Shown: positions 21,191-32,101, numbered from the whole stretch's first letter. The stretch is 63,954 nt of DNA, filler included, from an uncultured Acidimicrobiia bacterium (GCA_964347285.1; 4 parts of 4 records of this genome joined end to end with filler, not necessarily neighbours in it); one strand, 5' to 3'. Numbers and translations: made by a program. Notes: generated from the letters alone by a model not told the origin.

Positions 21191-23005
21191 ATGGCCGAAC
21201 CACTTCCGATCCGTACCGTGTTGCGCGATGGGTTCGCGCTGATCTGGCGGCTCGTGCGCGCCCACAAGGGCTCTTTTGCCCTGGCAGTGCTGGGAGCCGC
21301 CGGCTTCGCCCTGTCGATCGTCGCCGCGGCCTTCGTGATTGGCCGAGTCACCGAGGAACTCATCATCCCGGTGCTGGACGAGGGGGGGCCGCTCGGGACG
21401 CTGTGGGTGGGTGCGGCGGCGGCCGTGGTCGCCGTGGCGCTGTTCAAGGGAGCGGCCATCATCCTGAGGCGCAGCGCAGCGACCTGGCTCCAGGCCCGCA
21501 GCCAGGCCGACATCCGCTACCGCCTCATCGACCACCAGCTGGGACTGAAGCTGTCGTGGTTCAGCCGCCAGTCCACCGGTGATCTGCTGGCCATTGCCGA
21601 GACCGATTCCCGCCAGGCCACGTTCATCCTCGCCCCCCTCCCCTTCGCCACCGGGGCGAGCCTGCTGCTGGTCGGCACGGCGGTGGTGGTGACGGTGCTC
21701 GACCCGTTCCTGGGGCTGCTCACCGTGGGCACACTGATCACCACGATCGTCATCGACGTCTTCGGCACCTGGCGGATCTTCGGAGAGTTCCAGAGGGTCC
21801 AGGAGCAACGCGGCATCGTGAGCGGCATCGCCCACGAGAGCTTCGACGGAGCCCTCACCGTGAAGGCGCTGGGACGGGAGGACTACGAGACCGAACGGCT
21901 GCGCAGATCCTCCGACCAGCTCCGCGACAAGATCATCACCGTCACCCGCATCTGGGCCTTCTACCGGGCCATCGTCGAGAGCCTGCCCACGGCGATGATC
22001 ATCGCGGTGGTCGTGGTCGGAGCCCTCCGCATCCGATCCGGCGACTTGACTGCCGGCGACCTGGTCACGATCGCCTACCTGCTCTCGCTTCTCACCTGGC
22101 CGGTACGCATGATCGCCTTCGTGCTGTGGGACCTCGGCGAGAGCCTGGCCGCCTGGCGCCGGGTGGAATCGGTGCTGCACGCCGACGAGTTGGTGGAACA
22201 CGGAGTCCTCGAGGGAGTGTCGGAGCCGACGGGAGCGGCCGTGGCCGGCGCCGGGGTGGGCTTCGCCTATCGCCCCGACGAGATGGTCCTGGAAGGCGTC
22301 GAATGGAACATACCGGCCGGGCGCACGGTGGCGGTGGTCGGGGCCACCGGTTCGGGGAAGTCGACGCTGGCGATGCTGCTGGCCCGCCTGTGGGATCCCG
22401 GCACCGGAGCAATCCGCCTCGACGGGCGCGACCTCCGCGAATTCGCCCGCTCCGAGCTTCCCCGCGAAGTGGCGTTCGTCGCCCAAGAAGCATTCCTCTT
22501 CGATGACGACGTCGCCGGCAACATCACCCTGGGTACCCCGATCGGCGAGGGCCAGGTCGAGGAGGCGGCCGACCTGGCGGCTGCCTCCGGTTTCATCCGG
22601 GAGCTCCCCAGCGGGTACGCCACCCGCATCGGAGAGCGGGGCACCACCCTGTCGGGGGGCCAGCGGCAGCGGGTGGCCCTGGCCCGGGCTCTGGCCCGCA
22701 GGCCGCGCCTCTTGATCCTCGACGACGCCACCTCGGCCGTCGACCCTTCGGTGGAGACCGCCATCCTGCGCGGCCTCAAGCGGGCCGAGCTGCCTTCCAC
22801 GGTGGTGATCGTGGCCCATCGGCGCTCGTCGATCATGCTGGCCGACGAGGTGGTGTTCCTGGACCAGGCCCGCATCGTCGCCCACGGCACGCACGAGGAA
22901 TTGATGGCGTCACAGCCCGGCTACGCCCGGTTGCTCCAGGCCTACGACAAAGACGCCGCCCGGCGGGCCCGGGAGCGCGGTCGCCGGGAGAGGGCACGGA
23001 CATGA
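21191..23005 (+). CDS. ABC exporter, TMD-NBD subunit 1
   Basis: Six TM segments, GATGSGKS, LSGGQ and a degenerate Walker B (LILDDA). Confidence 0.93.
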   Translation: MAEPLPIRTVLRDGFALIWRLVRAHKGSFALAVLGAAGFALSIVAAAFVIGRVTEELIIPVLDEGGPLGTLWVGAAAAVVAVALFKGAAIILRRSAATWLQARSQADIRYRLIDHQLGLKLSWFSRQSTGDLLAIAETDSRQATFILAPLPFATGASLLLVGTAVVVTVLDPFLGLLTVGTLITTIVIDVFGTWRIFGEFQRVQEQRGIVSGIAHESFDGALTVKALGREDYETERLRRSSDQLRDKIITVTRIWAFYRAIVESLPTAMIIAVVVVGALRIRSGDLTAGDLVTIAYLLSLLTWPVRMIAFVLWDLGESLAAWRRVESVLHADELVEHGVLEGVSEPTGAAVAGAGVGFAYRPDEMVLEGVEWNIPAGRTVAVVGATGSGKSTLAMLLARLWDPGTGAIRLDGRDLREFARSELPREVAFVAQEAFLFDDDVAGNITLGTPIGEGQVEEAADLAAASGFIRELPSGYATRIGERGTTLSGGQRQRVALARALARRPRLLILDDATSAVDPSVETAILRGLKRAELPSTVVIVAHRRSSIMLADEVVFLDQARIVAHGTHEELMASQPGYARLLQAYDKDAARRARERGRRERART

Positions 23006-24792
23006 CCGCCGAGACGCCGGTCAAGCCGGTCGCCACCCGCTCCGCCCTGCGCCGGGCCTTTCGAGTGGCCCCGGCCCTCACGAAGGGGATCTGGCCGACC
23101 ATCGGCCTGTTCACGATCGGCACCGCCATGCTGGTCATCGTGCCGATCATCGTGCAGCAGGTGATCGACAACGAGATCCTGGGCCCGGGGGGCGTCGACG
23201 TCGGCGGCGTACTGCAAAGGGGAGGCCTGGCTCTGGCGGGAGTCGTCGTCGCCGCCCTGGCGAGCCGGCTGGCACTGATCAGACTGGCTGCTTCGGCGGC
23301 CACCGGACTCTCCGATCTGCGAGTCGTGACCTTCCGCCACCTGCACCGGTTGTCGATGCTCCACGTCCAATCGGAACGCCGGGGAGCGCTGGTATCGCGG
23401 GTGACCTCGGACATCGCCACCATCCAGGACTTCATGGAGTGGGGCGGGGTCGGCCTGGTGATCGGCGTGTCCCAGGTCGTCCTGGCGGTGACGGTGATGT
23501 TCGTCTACCACTGGCAGCTGGCGCTCATCGTGGTCATCGGCGTCGTGCTGTATTCCGCGCTGGTGTCGTGGTTCCAGCGCATACTGGCCCGGGCCCACGA
23601 TCGGGTCCGCCTCCGGGTCGCCGACACGTTGTCGGCCCTCGGGGAGGCCATCTCGGGACTCGAAGCGGTACGGGCCTTCGGGGCCGAGGAAGCCACGCTG
23701 GGCAAGGTGGAGGCCACCCTCGAAGCCCAATTCGACGAGGAGTACCGCACCGGCCGTCTGGGGGCACTGCTGTTCTCGTCCGCCGAGATCTTCGCCGGCC
23801 TCATCACCGCCGTCGTCATCGTGGCCGGCGTGGCCCTGGGAGCGGCGTCGGGGATGACGGCGGGGACCCTGGTGGCCTTCCTCTTCCTCGTCAACCTGCT
23901 GGTGGATCCGGTCCAGCTGCTCGTCGAGACCCTCGACCAGGCCCAGACCGCCGGGGCCGGGGTCCGGCGCATCCTCGACGTGCTCGACACCCCCCTCGAT
24001 GTTCCCGAGCCGCCCGACGGCGTCGACCTTCCCGAAGGCGAGCTCGAGGTCGCCTTCGAGGGGGTGGACTTCCGCTACCCGACCGGCACCGAGGCGCTGC
24101 GCGAGGTCACGCTGCGGATCGAGGCCGGGTCCAAGGTGGCCATCGTCGGCGAGACCGGATCCGGCAAGACCACCTTCGCCAAGGTGGTCACCCGCCTCCT
24201 CGATCCCACCGCGGGATGGGTCCTGGTCGGGGGGATCCCGATCGATCGAGTCCGTTTCTCGAGCCTCCGCACCCGGGTGGCGTTCGTTCCTCAGGAGAGC
24301 TTCCTCTTCGACACCTCGGTGGCCGCCAACGTGCGCTACGGCAAGCCCGACGCCACCGACGAAGAGGTACGGCGGGCGTTTGCCGATCTCGGACTGGAAG
24401 GGTGGGTCGATGGCCTCCCCGACGGCCTCGACACTCCGGTCGGTGAGCGAGGCGGCAGCCTGTCCGCCGGCGAGCGCCAACTCGTCGCCCTGACCCGGGC
24501 CTGGATCACCGGGCCCGACCTGCTGGTATTGGATGAGGCCACCTCGGCCGTCGACCCCTCACTCGAGGTCCAGCTACGGCGGGCCATCGAGCGCCTGATC
24601 GCCGGACGGACCTCGCTCACGGTCGCCCATCGCCTCTCCACTGCCGAAGCCAGCGACGAGGTGCTGGTGTTCGACCAGGGTCGATTGGTGGAGCGAGGGG
24701 CGCACGTCGACCTGGTGAATGCGGGCGGCACCTATTCGGCGCTCCATGCCGACTGGGCGGTGGGCGCCGGCACCGGGGCGGCGGGAACCTGA
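23002..24792 (+). CDS. ABC exporter, TMD-NBD subunit 2
   Basis: GETGSGKT, LSAGE, LVLDEA and AHRL. ATGA overlap. Confidence 0.93.
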   Translation: MTAETPVKPVATRSALRRAFRVAPALTKGIWPTIGLFTIGTAMLVIVPIIVQQVIDNEILGPGGVDVGGVLQRGGLALAGVVVAALASRLALIRLAASAATGLSDLRVVTFRHLHRLSMLHVQSERRGALVSRVTSDIATIQDFMEWGGVGLVIGVSQVVLAVTVMFVYHWQLALIVVIGVVLYSALVSWFQRILARAHDRVRLRVADTLSALGEAISGLEAVRAFGAEEATLGKVEATLEAQFDEEYRTGRLGALLFSSAEIFAGLITAVVIVAGVALGAASGMTAGTLVAFLFLVNLLVDPVQLLVETLDQAQTAGAGVRRILDVLDTPLDVPEPPDGVDLPEGELEVAFEGVDFRYPTGTEALREVTLRIEAGSKVAIVGETGSGKTTFAKVVTRLLDPTAGWVLVGGIPIDRVRFSSLRTRVAFVPQESFLFDTSVAANVRYGKPDATDEEVRRAFADLGLEGWVDGLPDGLDTPVGERGGSLSAGERQLVALTRAWITGPDLLVLDEATSAVDPSLEVQLRRAIERLIAGRTSLTVAHRLSTAEASDEVLVFDQGRLVERGAHVDLVNAGGTYSALHADWAVGAGTGAAGT

Positions 24793-24841
24793 CCGACCCC
24801 GGAGGCACTCCGGCACAACCGAGGGGTGATCGAAGGCGGCT

Positions 24842-25258
24842 TCAGCGGGAAGGGGGAGGCCTCCCGTACACCGCCACCTCCAGGGGTTCGAAGCGCAGCA
24901 CCACCGAGTCGGCGTTCCGGCGGGAGTCGAGGTAGGCCGACAGCTCCGGCTCGTCGAGATAGCGGGCCGCCACCCGGGACCGGACCACATCGGGCGTCTC
25001 GGTGCCGATCTCGGCCCGGCCCCGAATCATGAGGGCGTAGTAGGGCCGGCGGCGCTGTTCGATGACCAGGGCGGCGTCGGGACGGCGCTCGATGTTGCGA
25101 TGCTTCTGCGACCCTCGTCCGGTGGTCATCAAGAAGGCGGATCCGTCGAAGGCGTACCACATCGGGACGGCATGGGGCCCGCCGTCCGGGCCGGCCGTGG
25201 CCAGGACGGCGAGATGTGGGCCGAGAACGAACGCTTGCTGCTCGTCCGAGAGAACCAT
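24842..25258 (-). CDS. PPOX-class (pyridoxamine 5'-phosphate oxidase-like) probable F420-dependent protein
   Basis: AVLAT..DG.PHAVPMW and QKHRNIERRP. Confidence 0.85.
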   Translation of the reverse strand: MVLSDEQQAFVLGPHLAVLATAGPDGGPHAVPMWYAFDGSAFLMTTGRGSQKHRNIERRPDAALVIEQRRRPYYALMIRGRAEIGTETPDVVRSRVAARYLDEPELSAYLDSRRNADSVVLRFEPLEVAVYGRPPPSR

Positions 25259-25404
25259 TGCTCCGGCGGATCGCTTCCCGTCACGCTACCGCGGCCGGCC
25301 GGACCGAGCCGCCTTCGGCCTTGGGCCGATCCCCGGGCACAGCTCTCCCTTACTTTCAGGGCTCATTCAGCGAATCTTCAGCTCCAGTGCAGCACAATGG
25401 CACC

Positions 25405-26082
25405 ATGCGAATCCTGGTGGTGGAGGACGAGGTGCGCCTCGGCGCCTACCTGCGGCGCGGGTTGGAGGCCGAGGGCTATGCCGTCGACGTGGCCGGCGAT
25501 GGGGAACGGGGCCTGTGGCTGGCCCGCAACCAACCGTACGACGCCATCGTGTTGGACATCATGCTGCCCAAGGTCAACGGCTACCGGGTGTGCGCCGAGC
25601 TGCGCCGCGAGGAGAACTGGACTCCGGTGTTGATGCTCACCGCCAAAGACGGCGAATACGACATCGCCGAGGCACTCGACACCGGCGCCGACGACTACCT
25701 GGTAAAGCCGTTTTCGTTCGTCGAGTTGCTGGCCCGGCTGCGGGCCCTGGTACGCCGAGGTAGTCCCGCTCGCCCCACCACCCTGACCGCCGGCGACCTC
25801 CGCCTCGATCCCGCCCAGCACCGCCTGTGGCGCGACGACACCGAGATCGAGCTGACCGCTAAGGAGTTCGCCGTGCTGGAGTTCCTGATGCGTCGACCGG
25901 GCGAGGCCGTCCCCAAGGCCGACATCCTCAACAACGTCTGGGACTGGGCGTTCGAGGGCGATCCCAACATCGTCGAGGTGTACATCGGATACCTGCGTCG
26001 CAAGATCGACGACCCCTTCGATCGTCATGCCATCGAGACGGTGCGGGGCGTCGGATACCGGCTGAATGAACAGGGGGGGTGA
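25405..26082 (+). CDS. OmpR-family response regulator
   Basis: MRILVVEDE, LDIMLP, GADDYLVKPF and IETVRGVGY. Confidence 0.95.
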   Translation: MRILVVEDEVRLGAYLRRGLEAEGYAVDVAGDGERGLWLARNQPYDAIVLDIMLPKVNGYRVCAELRREENWTPVLMLTAKDGEYDIAEALDTGADDYLVKPFSFVELLARLRALVRRGSPARPTTLTAGDLRLDPAQHRLWRDDTEIELTAKEFAVLEFLMRRPGEAVPKADILNNVWDWAFEGDPNIVEVYIGYLRRKIDDPFDRHAIETVRGVGYRLNEQGG

Positions 26083-26083
26083 G

Positions 26084-27457
26084 ATGAACCAACGACGGGG
26101 CACCGTCCGCTTCCGCACCACAGCGCTGGCCACGGCAGTGGTGACCCTGGCGGTAGCGGTCGGAGCGGTGGCGCTGGTGATCCTGACCCGTCGCAGTCTC
26201 ACCGACTCGGCTCAGGCCCGGGCCGAGGGCCGGGCTCAGGCCATCGCGGATCTGGCCGCCGCCGGCGCCGCCACCGACCCGCTGCCCGGGTCGGGAGACG
26301 TGTTCGGCCAGTTGCTCGATTCGTCCGGCGAAGTGGTGGCGGCCACTCGGAACGTCGACGTCGCCGGGCCGATGCTGGTGACCGACACCGCCCCCGGGGA
26401 GCAGGTGGTCGTGACCGTAGGCGAGATCGAGGACGCAGAAGGAAACGAGCTGGGAGGCAGAGCGTTCGGAGGTCCTTTCGTGGTGGCGGTGGTGGGAACC
26501 GAGGTGGACGGAGCCCCGGTCCAGGCGGTGGCCACCGCCTCCCTGGCGTCGGTCAGGCGCACCACGTCGATCCTGGTTCCGCTGCTGCTCATCGGCGTGC
26601 CGCTGATCGGTGGCCTGGTGGCGCTCACGTCGTGGCGCATGGTGGGACGATCGTTCCGCCCCATCGAGGCCATGCGGGCCGAGGCCGAGGGGATTTCGCT
26701 TTCCGATCTCGACCGTCGCATTCCGGTGCCCGATTCCCAGGACGAGATCCGACGCCTGGCCGACACGCTCAATACCATGCTCGACCGCCTGGAGGCCTCG
26801 GTGGAACGGCAGCGTCGCTTTGTCGCCGATGCCTCCCACGAGCTGAAGAGCCCAATCGCCTCGCTCGTCACGATGGCCGACGTGGCCGGCGCCCGGCCCG
26901 AGGCGGTCGAAGTCGCCCGATTGGCCGCCGACGTAGGCCATGAGGCCAACCGGCTGGCACTGCTGGTCGACGACCTGCTGACGTTGGCCCGCAGCGACGA
27001 GGACCGCGTTGCGCTCGAGTTGGCCGAAATCGACCTCGCCGAGATCGTCCGCCAAGAAACGGTACGCCTCCGCACCGACATCCTCGTCAACGACGAGGGC
27101 GTCGGTTCGGTCCCGGCGCCGGTCGATCGACGCCGCATCGGCCAGGCGGTGCGCAACCTGTTGGACAATGCCGTCCGCCACGCCCGCTCGACGGTATGGG
27201 TGGAAACCCTCGAAGAGCACGGGTCGGCCGTCGTGACGGTGGCCGACGACGGTCCCGGGATCCCCCCCGAGCACCGGGAGCGAATCTTCGAGCGCTTCCA
27301 CCGCCTCGATGAGGCCCGCAGCCGACCCGAAGGGGGCACCGGCCTGGGATTGGCGGTGGTCCGGGCGATCGTCGAGTCCCACGGGGGCACGGTGGCGGTG
27401 GTCGACGACCCCCGCTTCCCGGGTGCCTCCTTCCGAATCGAACTGCCCGGTCGTTGA
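26084..27457 (+). CDS. HAMP-domain sensor histidine kinase
   Basis: Two TM segments, ADASHELKSP (H box), NLLDNA, DDGPGI and GTGLGL. Confidence 0.95.
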   Translation: MNQRRGTVRFRTTALATAVVTLAVAVGAVALVILTRRSLTDSAQARAEGRAQAIADLAAAGAATDPLPGSGDVFGQLLDSSGEVVAATRNVDVAGPMLVTDTAPGEQVVVTVGEIEDAEGNELGGRAFGGPFVVAVVGTEVDGAPVQAVATASLASVRRTTSILVPLLLIGVPLIGGLVALTSWRMVGRSFRPIEAMRAEAEGISLSDLDRRIPVPDSQDEIRRLADTLNTMLDRLEASVERQRRFVADASHELKSPIASLVTMADVAGARPEAVEVARLAADVGHEANRLALLVDDLLTLARSDEDRVALELAEIDLAEIVRQETVRLRTDILVNDEGVGSVPAPVDRRRIGQAVRNLLDNAVRHARSTVWVETLEEHGSAVVTVADDGPGIPPEHRERIFERFHRLDEARSRPEGGTGLGLAVVRAIVESHGGTVAVVDDPRFPGASFRIELPGR

Positions 27458-27622
27458 CCTCGGCCCCATCCGGTAGGCCCGGTGGCGGGGGCGACCGTGT
27501 ACGTGGGGTCGTACCTGTCGAGCCGACGGGGCCCCAAACCGCCGTAGTTCAGCAAACCCGTTTCACCCGACACGCACCAGATGGAGTTGATAGATTCCCC
27601 ACAGGCGACCGGGGAGGTTGGA

Positions 27623-29077
27623 ATGGTTGTGCCACAAGGAAGCGGATTCACGAGGAGGGACTTCCTCAAGTTCGGCGGGTTCGCCTTGGTGGCGGCCGCC
27701 TGCGGCGACACCGCGGCCACCACTACGACGGCGGCGCCGGCTACGACCGCTGCCGCGGTCACGACCACGACGGCGGCCCCGCCGGCGGCTGCGGCACCGA
27801 GCACGGTGTTCACCGAGCCGGCGAGTGCCCTCAGCGGTGACCTGCGCATCCTGCTCTGGAGCCACTTCGTCCCCGCCCACGACGAGTGGTTCGACGTGTT
27901 CGCCAGGGAATGGGGCGACCAGGTCGGCGTCAACGTGGTGGTCGACCACATCGGAGTCGGCGACGTACCGGCGGCCATTGCCAGCGAGATCCAAAGCGGG
28001 CAACCGGAGCACGACCTGATGCAGTACATCGCCGTACTGTCTCAGCACGAGCCGAGCGTCGTCGACATGAAGGACGTCTTCGACGAGGCCACCGCCCGGT
28101 ACGGACAGATGCTGGACCTGACCCAGAAGTCCAGCTTCAACCCCAACACCGGGAAGTACTACGCGTACGCTCCGGCGTGGGTGCCGGACCCCGGCGACTA
28201 TCGCAAGAGCCTGTGGGAGACGGTGGGGTTGCCGAACGGCCCCAGCACCTGGCAAGAGCTGTTGGACGGTGGCTCGCAGATCTTCGCCGAGCAGGGCATC
28301 CAGATGGGCATCGGGCTGTCCCAGGAGATCGACTCGAACATGGCCGGGCGGGCGCTGATGTGGTCGTACGGGGCGTCGATTCAGGACGAGGCCGAGCAGG
28401 TCGTGCTCAACTCCGACGCCACCATCGCCGCGGTGGAGTACATGAAGAACCTGTTCGAGAACGCCATGACCGAAGAGGTGTTCGCCTGGAACGCCGCCTC
28501 GAACAATCAGGGGCTGATCGCCGGCGAGCTGTCCTACATCCTGAACTCGATCTCGGCCTGGCGGACGGCTCAGGAGGAGAATCCCGAGGTGGCCTCCGAC
28601 ATCTTCTTCGTGCCGGCCCTGGCCGGTCCGGAGACGGCCCTGGCGGCCCAGCACGTCATGTACAACTGGATCGTCCCCGATTTCGAGGGCGTGAACGTCG
28701 ATGCCGCCAAGGAGTTCCTGCTCCACTACACGGACAACCTGGCATCGGTCACGTGGAATTCGAAGCTCTACGACTTCCCGGCATTCACCGGGCAGGTGCC
28801 CGATTTGAACGACTGGCTGGCCAACGATCCGTTCGGCGCCCAGCCGCCGGACAAGCTGACCGTGCTGCAGAATGCGGTCGATTGGGCCACCAACATCGGC
28901 CACCCGGGGCCCGCCAACCCGGCCATCGGGCAGGTGTTCGGCGAGGCGATCATCCCGGTGATGTTCGCCGAGGCGGCCCGCGGCGACAAGACCCCTGCGG
29001 AGGCGGTGGCCGACGCCGAGGCCCAGATCACGGCCATCTTCGACGACTGGCGCGGCCGGGGCCTCGTCGGAGGCTGA
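27623..29077 (+). CDS. Carbohydrate-type ABC substrate-binding lipoprotein with Tat signal
   Basis: TRRDFLK twin-arginine motif, VAAAC lipobox, Thr/Ala linker and LLWSHFVP. GGAGG RBS. Confidence 0.9.
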   Translation: MVVPQGSGFTRRDFLKFGGFALVAAACGDTAATTTTAAPATTAAAVTTTTAAPPAAAAPSTVFTEPASALSGDLRILLWSHFVPAHDEWFDVFAREWGDQVGVNVVVDHIGVGDVPAAIASEIQSGQPEHDLMQYIAVLSQHEPSVVDMKDVFDEATARYGQMLDLTQKSSFNPNTGKYYAYAPAWVPDPGDYRKSLWETVGLPNGPSTWQELLDGGSQIFAEQGIQMGIGLSQEIDSNMAGRALMWSYGASIQDEAEQVVLNSDATIAAVEYMKNLFENAMTEEVFAWNAASNNQGLIAGELSYILNSISAWRTAQEENPEVASDIFFVPALAGPETALAAQHVMYNWIVPDFEGVNVDAAKEFLLHYTDNLASVTWNSKLYDFPAFTGQVPDLNDWLANDPFGAQPPDKLTVLQNAVDWATNIGHPGPANPAIGQVFGEAIIPVMFAEAARGDKTPAEAVADAEAQITAIFDDWRGRGLVGG

Positions 29078-29196
29078 GGCCAGCAGGTCTGTGAAGCCGG
29101 CGGGGACTGATCAACGGTCCCCGCCGGTTCACTGCCGCCCAAAGGCGCCCCTAAAGTGGAGACCTGGCCGGCCGAGCGGCCGAAGGACGTAGGACG

Positions 29197-30264
29197 ATGG
29201 AAGACGTGACAGCTCTCGAGGAGGAGACCGCCTCGAGGGCCCAGAGCGTCGAGGTGCGAGACATCGTCAAGCACTTCGATGGGGTCCACGCCGTCGACGG
29301 CGTGAGCATCAAGAGCACAAAGGGCGAGTTCCTGGTCCTCCTCGGCCCTTCGGGATGCGGCAAGACCACCCTGCTGCGCATGATCGCCGGGCTCGAGCAC
29401 CCCACCGACGGCGAGGTGCTCATCGGGGGCGAAGTGGTCAACGGTCTGCCGCCGAGGATCCGGCAGGTGGCGATGGTCTTTCAGAGCTACGCCCTGTATC
29501 CCCACATGACGGTGTTTCGCAACATCGCCTTCCCGCTCAAGGCCGAAGGGCTGGACGCCGCCGCCCGCCGCAAGCAGGTGGAATGGGCGGCCGGACTCCT
29601 CGGCATCGAGCAGCTCCTCCATCGCCGGCCCCGCCAGCTCTCGGGCGGTGAACGCCAGCGGGTGGCACTGGCCCGAGCCCTGGTCCGCGAGCCCAAGGTC
29701 TTCCTCTTGGACGAGCCGCTGTCCAACCTGGACGCCAAGCTGCGAGCCGCGGCCCGCGACGACCTCCTCGAGTTCCAGCGAAGGGTGGGTGTGACGACGA
29801 TCTACGTCACCCACGACCAGGTCGAAGCGATGGGCATGGGCGATCGCATCGCCGTGATGAGCCAGGGCAAGGTCCGCCAGCTGGGGACGCCGGAGGACGT
29901 GTACCACGATCCGGCCGACACGTTCGTAGCCACCTTCATCGGTTCCCCCCCGATGAACCTGCTCGACCAGGGCAACTTCCTGGTCGGCTTCCGGCCCGAG
30001 AACCTGCTGCCGGCCAGCGTCGCTCCGGGAAACAGCCTGCAGTTGACCTACCACGTCAACCGCATCGAGAACCTGGGCTCGGAGCGCTACCTGTACGGAC
30101 ACCTGCGGCGGTTCGAGGAAGAGACCAAGGTGATTGCGATGCTGCCGGCCACGGTCACCCAGCCCATCGAGTTGCACCAGGATCACCCTTTCGCCGTGGA
30201 TCGGGACCGGCTCCGCTTCTTCGACAAAGGCACCGGGCTGCGCACCGATCCCCGCCCGCTGTGA
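29197..30264 (+). CDS. MalK-like ABC ATP-binding protein
   Basis: GPSGCGKT, FQSYALYPHM, LSGGE and DEPLSNLD. Confidence 0.95.
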   Translation: MEDVTALEEETASRAQSVEVRDIVKHFDGVHAVDGVSIKSTKGEFLVLLGPSGCGKTTLLRMIAGLEHPTDGEVLIGGEVVNGLPPRIRQVAMVFQSYALYPHMTVFRNIAFPLKAEGLDAAARRKQVEWAAGLLGIEQLLHRRPRQLSGGERQRVALARALVREPKVFLLDEPLSNLDAKLRAAARDDLLEFQRRVGVTTIYVTHDQVEAMGMGDRIAVMSQGKVRQLGTPEDVYHDPADTFVATFIGSPPMNLLDQGNFLVGFRPENLLPASVAPGNSLQLTYHVNRIENLGSERYLYGHLRRFEEETKVIAMLPATVTQPIELHQDHPFAVDRDRLRFFDKGTGLRTDPRPL

Positions 30265-30289
30265 CCGTGCGGAGACCCGGAGCCCAGCG

Positions 30290-31201
30290 ATGACCACCGC
30301 AACGGCGGGGAGGCGGCGCCGCTACCTGCTCGACAACGAGCGCTTCCTGGCCCCGCTGATGATGTCCCCGGCGGTCATCTACATCATGGCGCTGGTGGCC
30401 TTTCCGTTCGTCCTGGCGATCCTCTTCGCCCTCACCGACGTGACGGTGGGCGATCCCTCGTTCGATTTCGTCGGCCTGAGGACCTTCGAGCGGATATGGG
30501 ACGACCCGGTGTTCCGCCGTTCGTTGTGGAATACCTTCATCTTCGCCCTTATTTCGAATCTCCTGGTCGTCGTCCTGGCCAAGGCTCTGGCGCTGGTGCT
30601 CGTCGCCGACTTCAGGGGGAAGTGGTTCGTCAGGTTCCTGGTCCTGCTGCCCTGGACCACCCCGATCTCGCTGGCCACGATCACCTGGCTGTGGACGCTG
30701 GATTCGATCTTCAGCCCGATCGACTGGATCCTCCGCAACCTCGGCCTGATCGACGAGAACCTCTACTACCTCGGTAAGCCGGGACTGGCCATGGCGTCGG
30801 TCATCGCGGTGCACACCTGGCGGATCGTGCCGTTGGCCGCGGTGATCATGATGGCCGGGCTCACCGCAATCCCCACCGAGATCAAGGATGCCGCCGAGGT
30901 CGACGGCGCCCGCTTTTGGCGCAAGATGTTCCAGATAACGATTCCGCTGATGGCTCCGATCATCGCCGTGGCCGTCCTGTTCGGAGTGATCCTCACCGTC
31001 ACCGACATGTCGGTGGTGTTCGTCCTCACTCGGGGCGGCCCCACCCACAGCACCCAGGTACTGGCCACCTGGGCCTTCTTCAAGGGAATCGAGGGAGGCG
31101 CTCTGGCCCAGGGAGCTGCCGTCGCCCTGTTCCTGTTCCCGGTGCTGGTGGCGCTCACCGCCCTGATCCTTCGTCTGGCCAGACGCAGGGAGGTGCTGTA
31201 G
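30290..31201 (+). CDS. Sugar ABC permease (MalF-like)
   Basis: TM helices and the EAA motif (DAAEVDGA). Confidence 0.92.
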   Translation: MTTATAGRRRRYLLDNERFLAPLMMSPAVIYIMALVAFPFVLAILFALTDVTVGDPSFDFVGLRTFERIWDDPVFRRSLWNTFIFALISNLLVVVLAKALALVLVADFRGKWFVRFLVLLPWTTPISLATITWLWTLDSIFSPIDWILRNLGLIDENLYYLGKPGLAMASVIAVHTWRIVPLAAVIMMAGLTAIPTEIKDAAEVDGARFWRKMFQITIPLMAPIIAVAVLFGVILTVTDMSVVFVLTRGGPTHSTQVLATWAFFKGIEGGALAQGAAVALFLFPVLVALTALILRLARRREVL

Positions 31202-32086
31202 ATGGCGGTGGAGATCCTCGATGTAGCCACCGAGCGCCGCCTGGCCGAGCGGCGCCGGGTGCTGGGCAGGGTGAGCCTCTACGGGGCGGCGATCACCGCA
31301 GCGTTTCTGGCCGCGTTCCCATTCCTGTGGGCCATCGTGACCATGTTCAAGCAGAGCCCGGACCTCTACACCAAGGCCAACAACCCGTTCTGGTTCAACG
31401 AAGCCCCCACCCTCGAGCACATTCGCCTGTTGCTCTTCGACACCAACTTCCTGACCTTCGTCCGCAACACGGTGGTGGTGGGGCTGGCCGTGGTGGCCAT
31501 CACTCTGGCGATCAGCCTGCCGGCCGCCTACGCCCTGGCCCGGCTGGGACTGCGCTGGGGGGAGCGGATGGGCATCGCCATCTTCCTCGTCTACCTGATC
31601 CCGCCCACGCTGCTGTTCATCCCCATGTCGCGGGTCGTCGCCAATCTCGGCCTCCAGGAGTCACTGTGGTCGCTCATCGTGGTGTATCCGACCATCACCA
31701 TCCCCATCTCGGCCTGGCTGCTGATGGGATTCTTCAAGGGAATCCCTCGCGACATCGAGGAACAGGCCATGGTGGACGGTTACAGCCGCATCGGGGCCGT
31801 GGTCCGCACAGTGATGCCGCTGGTCTTTCCCGGCATCGTCGCCGTGGTGGTGTTCGCCTTCACACTGGCTTCCCATGAATTCATCTACGCCCTGGCCTTC
31901 AACAAGGCCAGCTCGGTCAAGACCATCGCCGTGGGCGTCCCCACCGAGCTGGTCAGAGGAGACGTGTTCTTCTGGCAGGCCCTCATGGGAGCGGCGATGA
32001 TGATCGCCGTCCCCGTGGCGCTGCTGTTCAACCTGTTCCTCGACAAGTTCGTCAGCGGCTTCACCATGGGAGCAGTCAAGGGCTAG
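31202..32086 (+). CDS. Sugar ABC permease (MalG-like)
   Basis: EEQAMVDG and a C-terminal GAVKG. Confidence 0.92.
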   Translation: MAVEILDVATERRLAERRRVLGRVSLYGAAITAAFLAAFPFLWAIVTMFKQSPDLYTKANNPFWFNEAPTLEHIRLLLFDTNFLTFVRNTVVVGLAVVAITLAISLPAAYALARLGLRWGERMGIAIFLVYLIPPTLLFIPMSRVVANLGLQESLWSLIVVYPTITIPISAWLLMGFFKGIPRDIEEQAMVDGYSRIGAVVRTVMPLVFPGIVAVVVFAFTLASHEFIYALAFNKASSVKTIAVGVPTELVRGDVFFWQALMGAAMMIAVPVALLFNLFLDKFVSGFTMGAVKG

Positions 32087-32101
32087 GCCCGCTCCCCGGG
32101 C

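Noticed and set aside
21191..24792. Degenerate Walker B in an ABC subunit
   Set aside because: Normal for heterodimeric exporters with one degenerate site.
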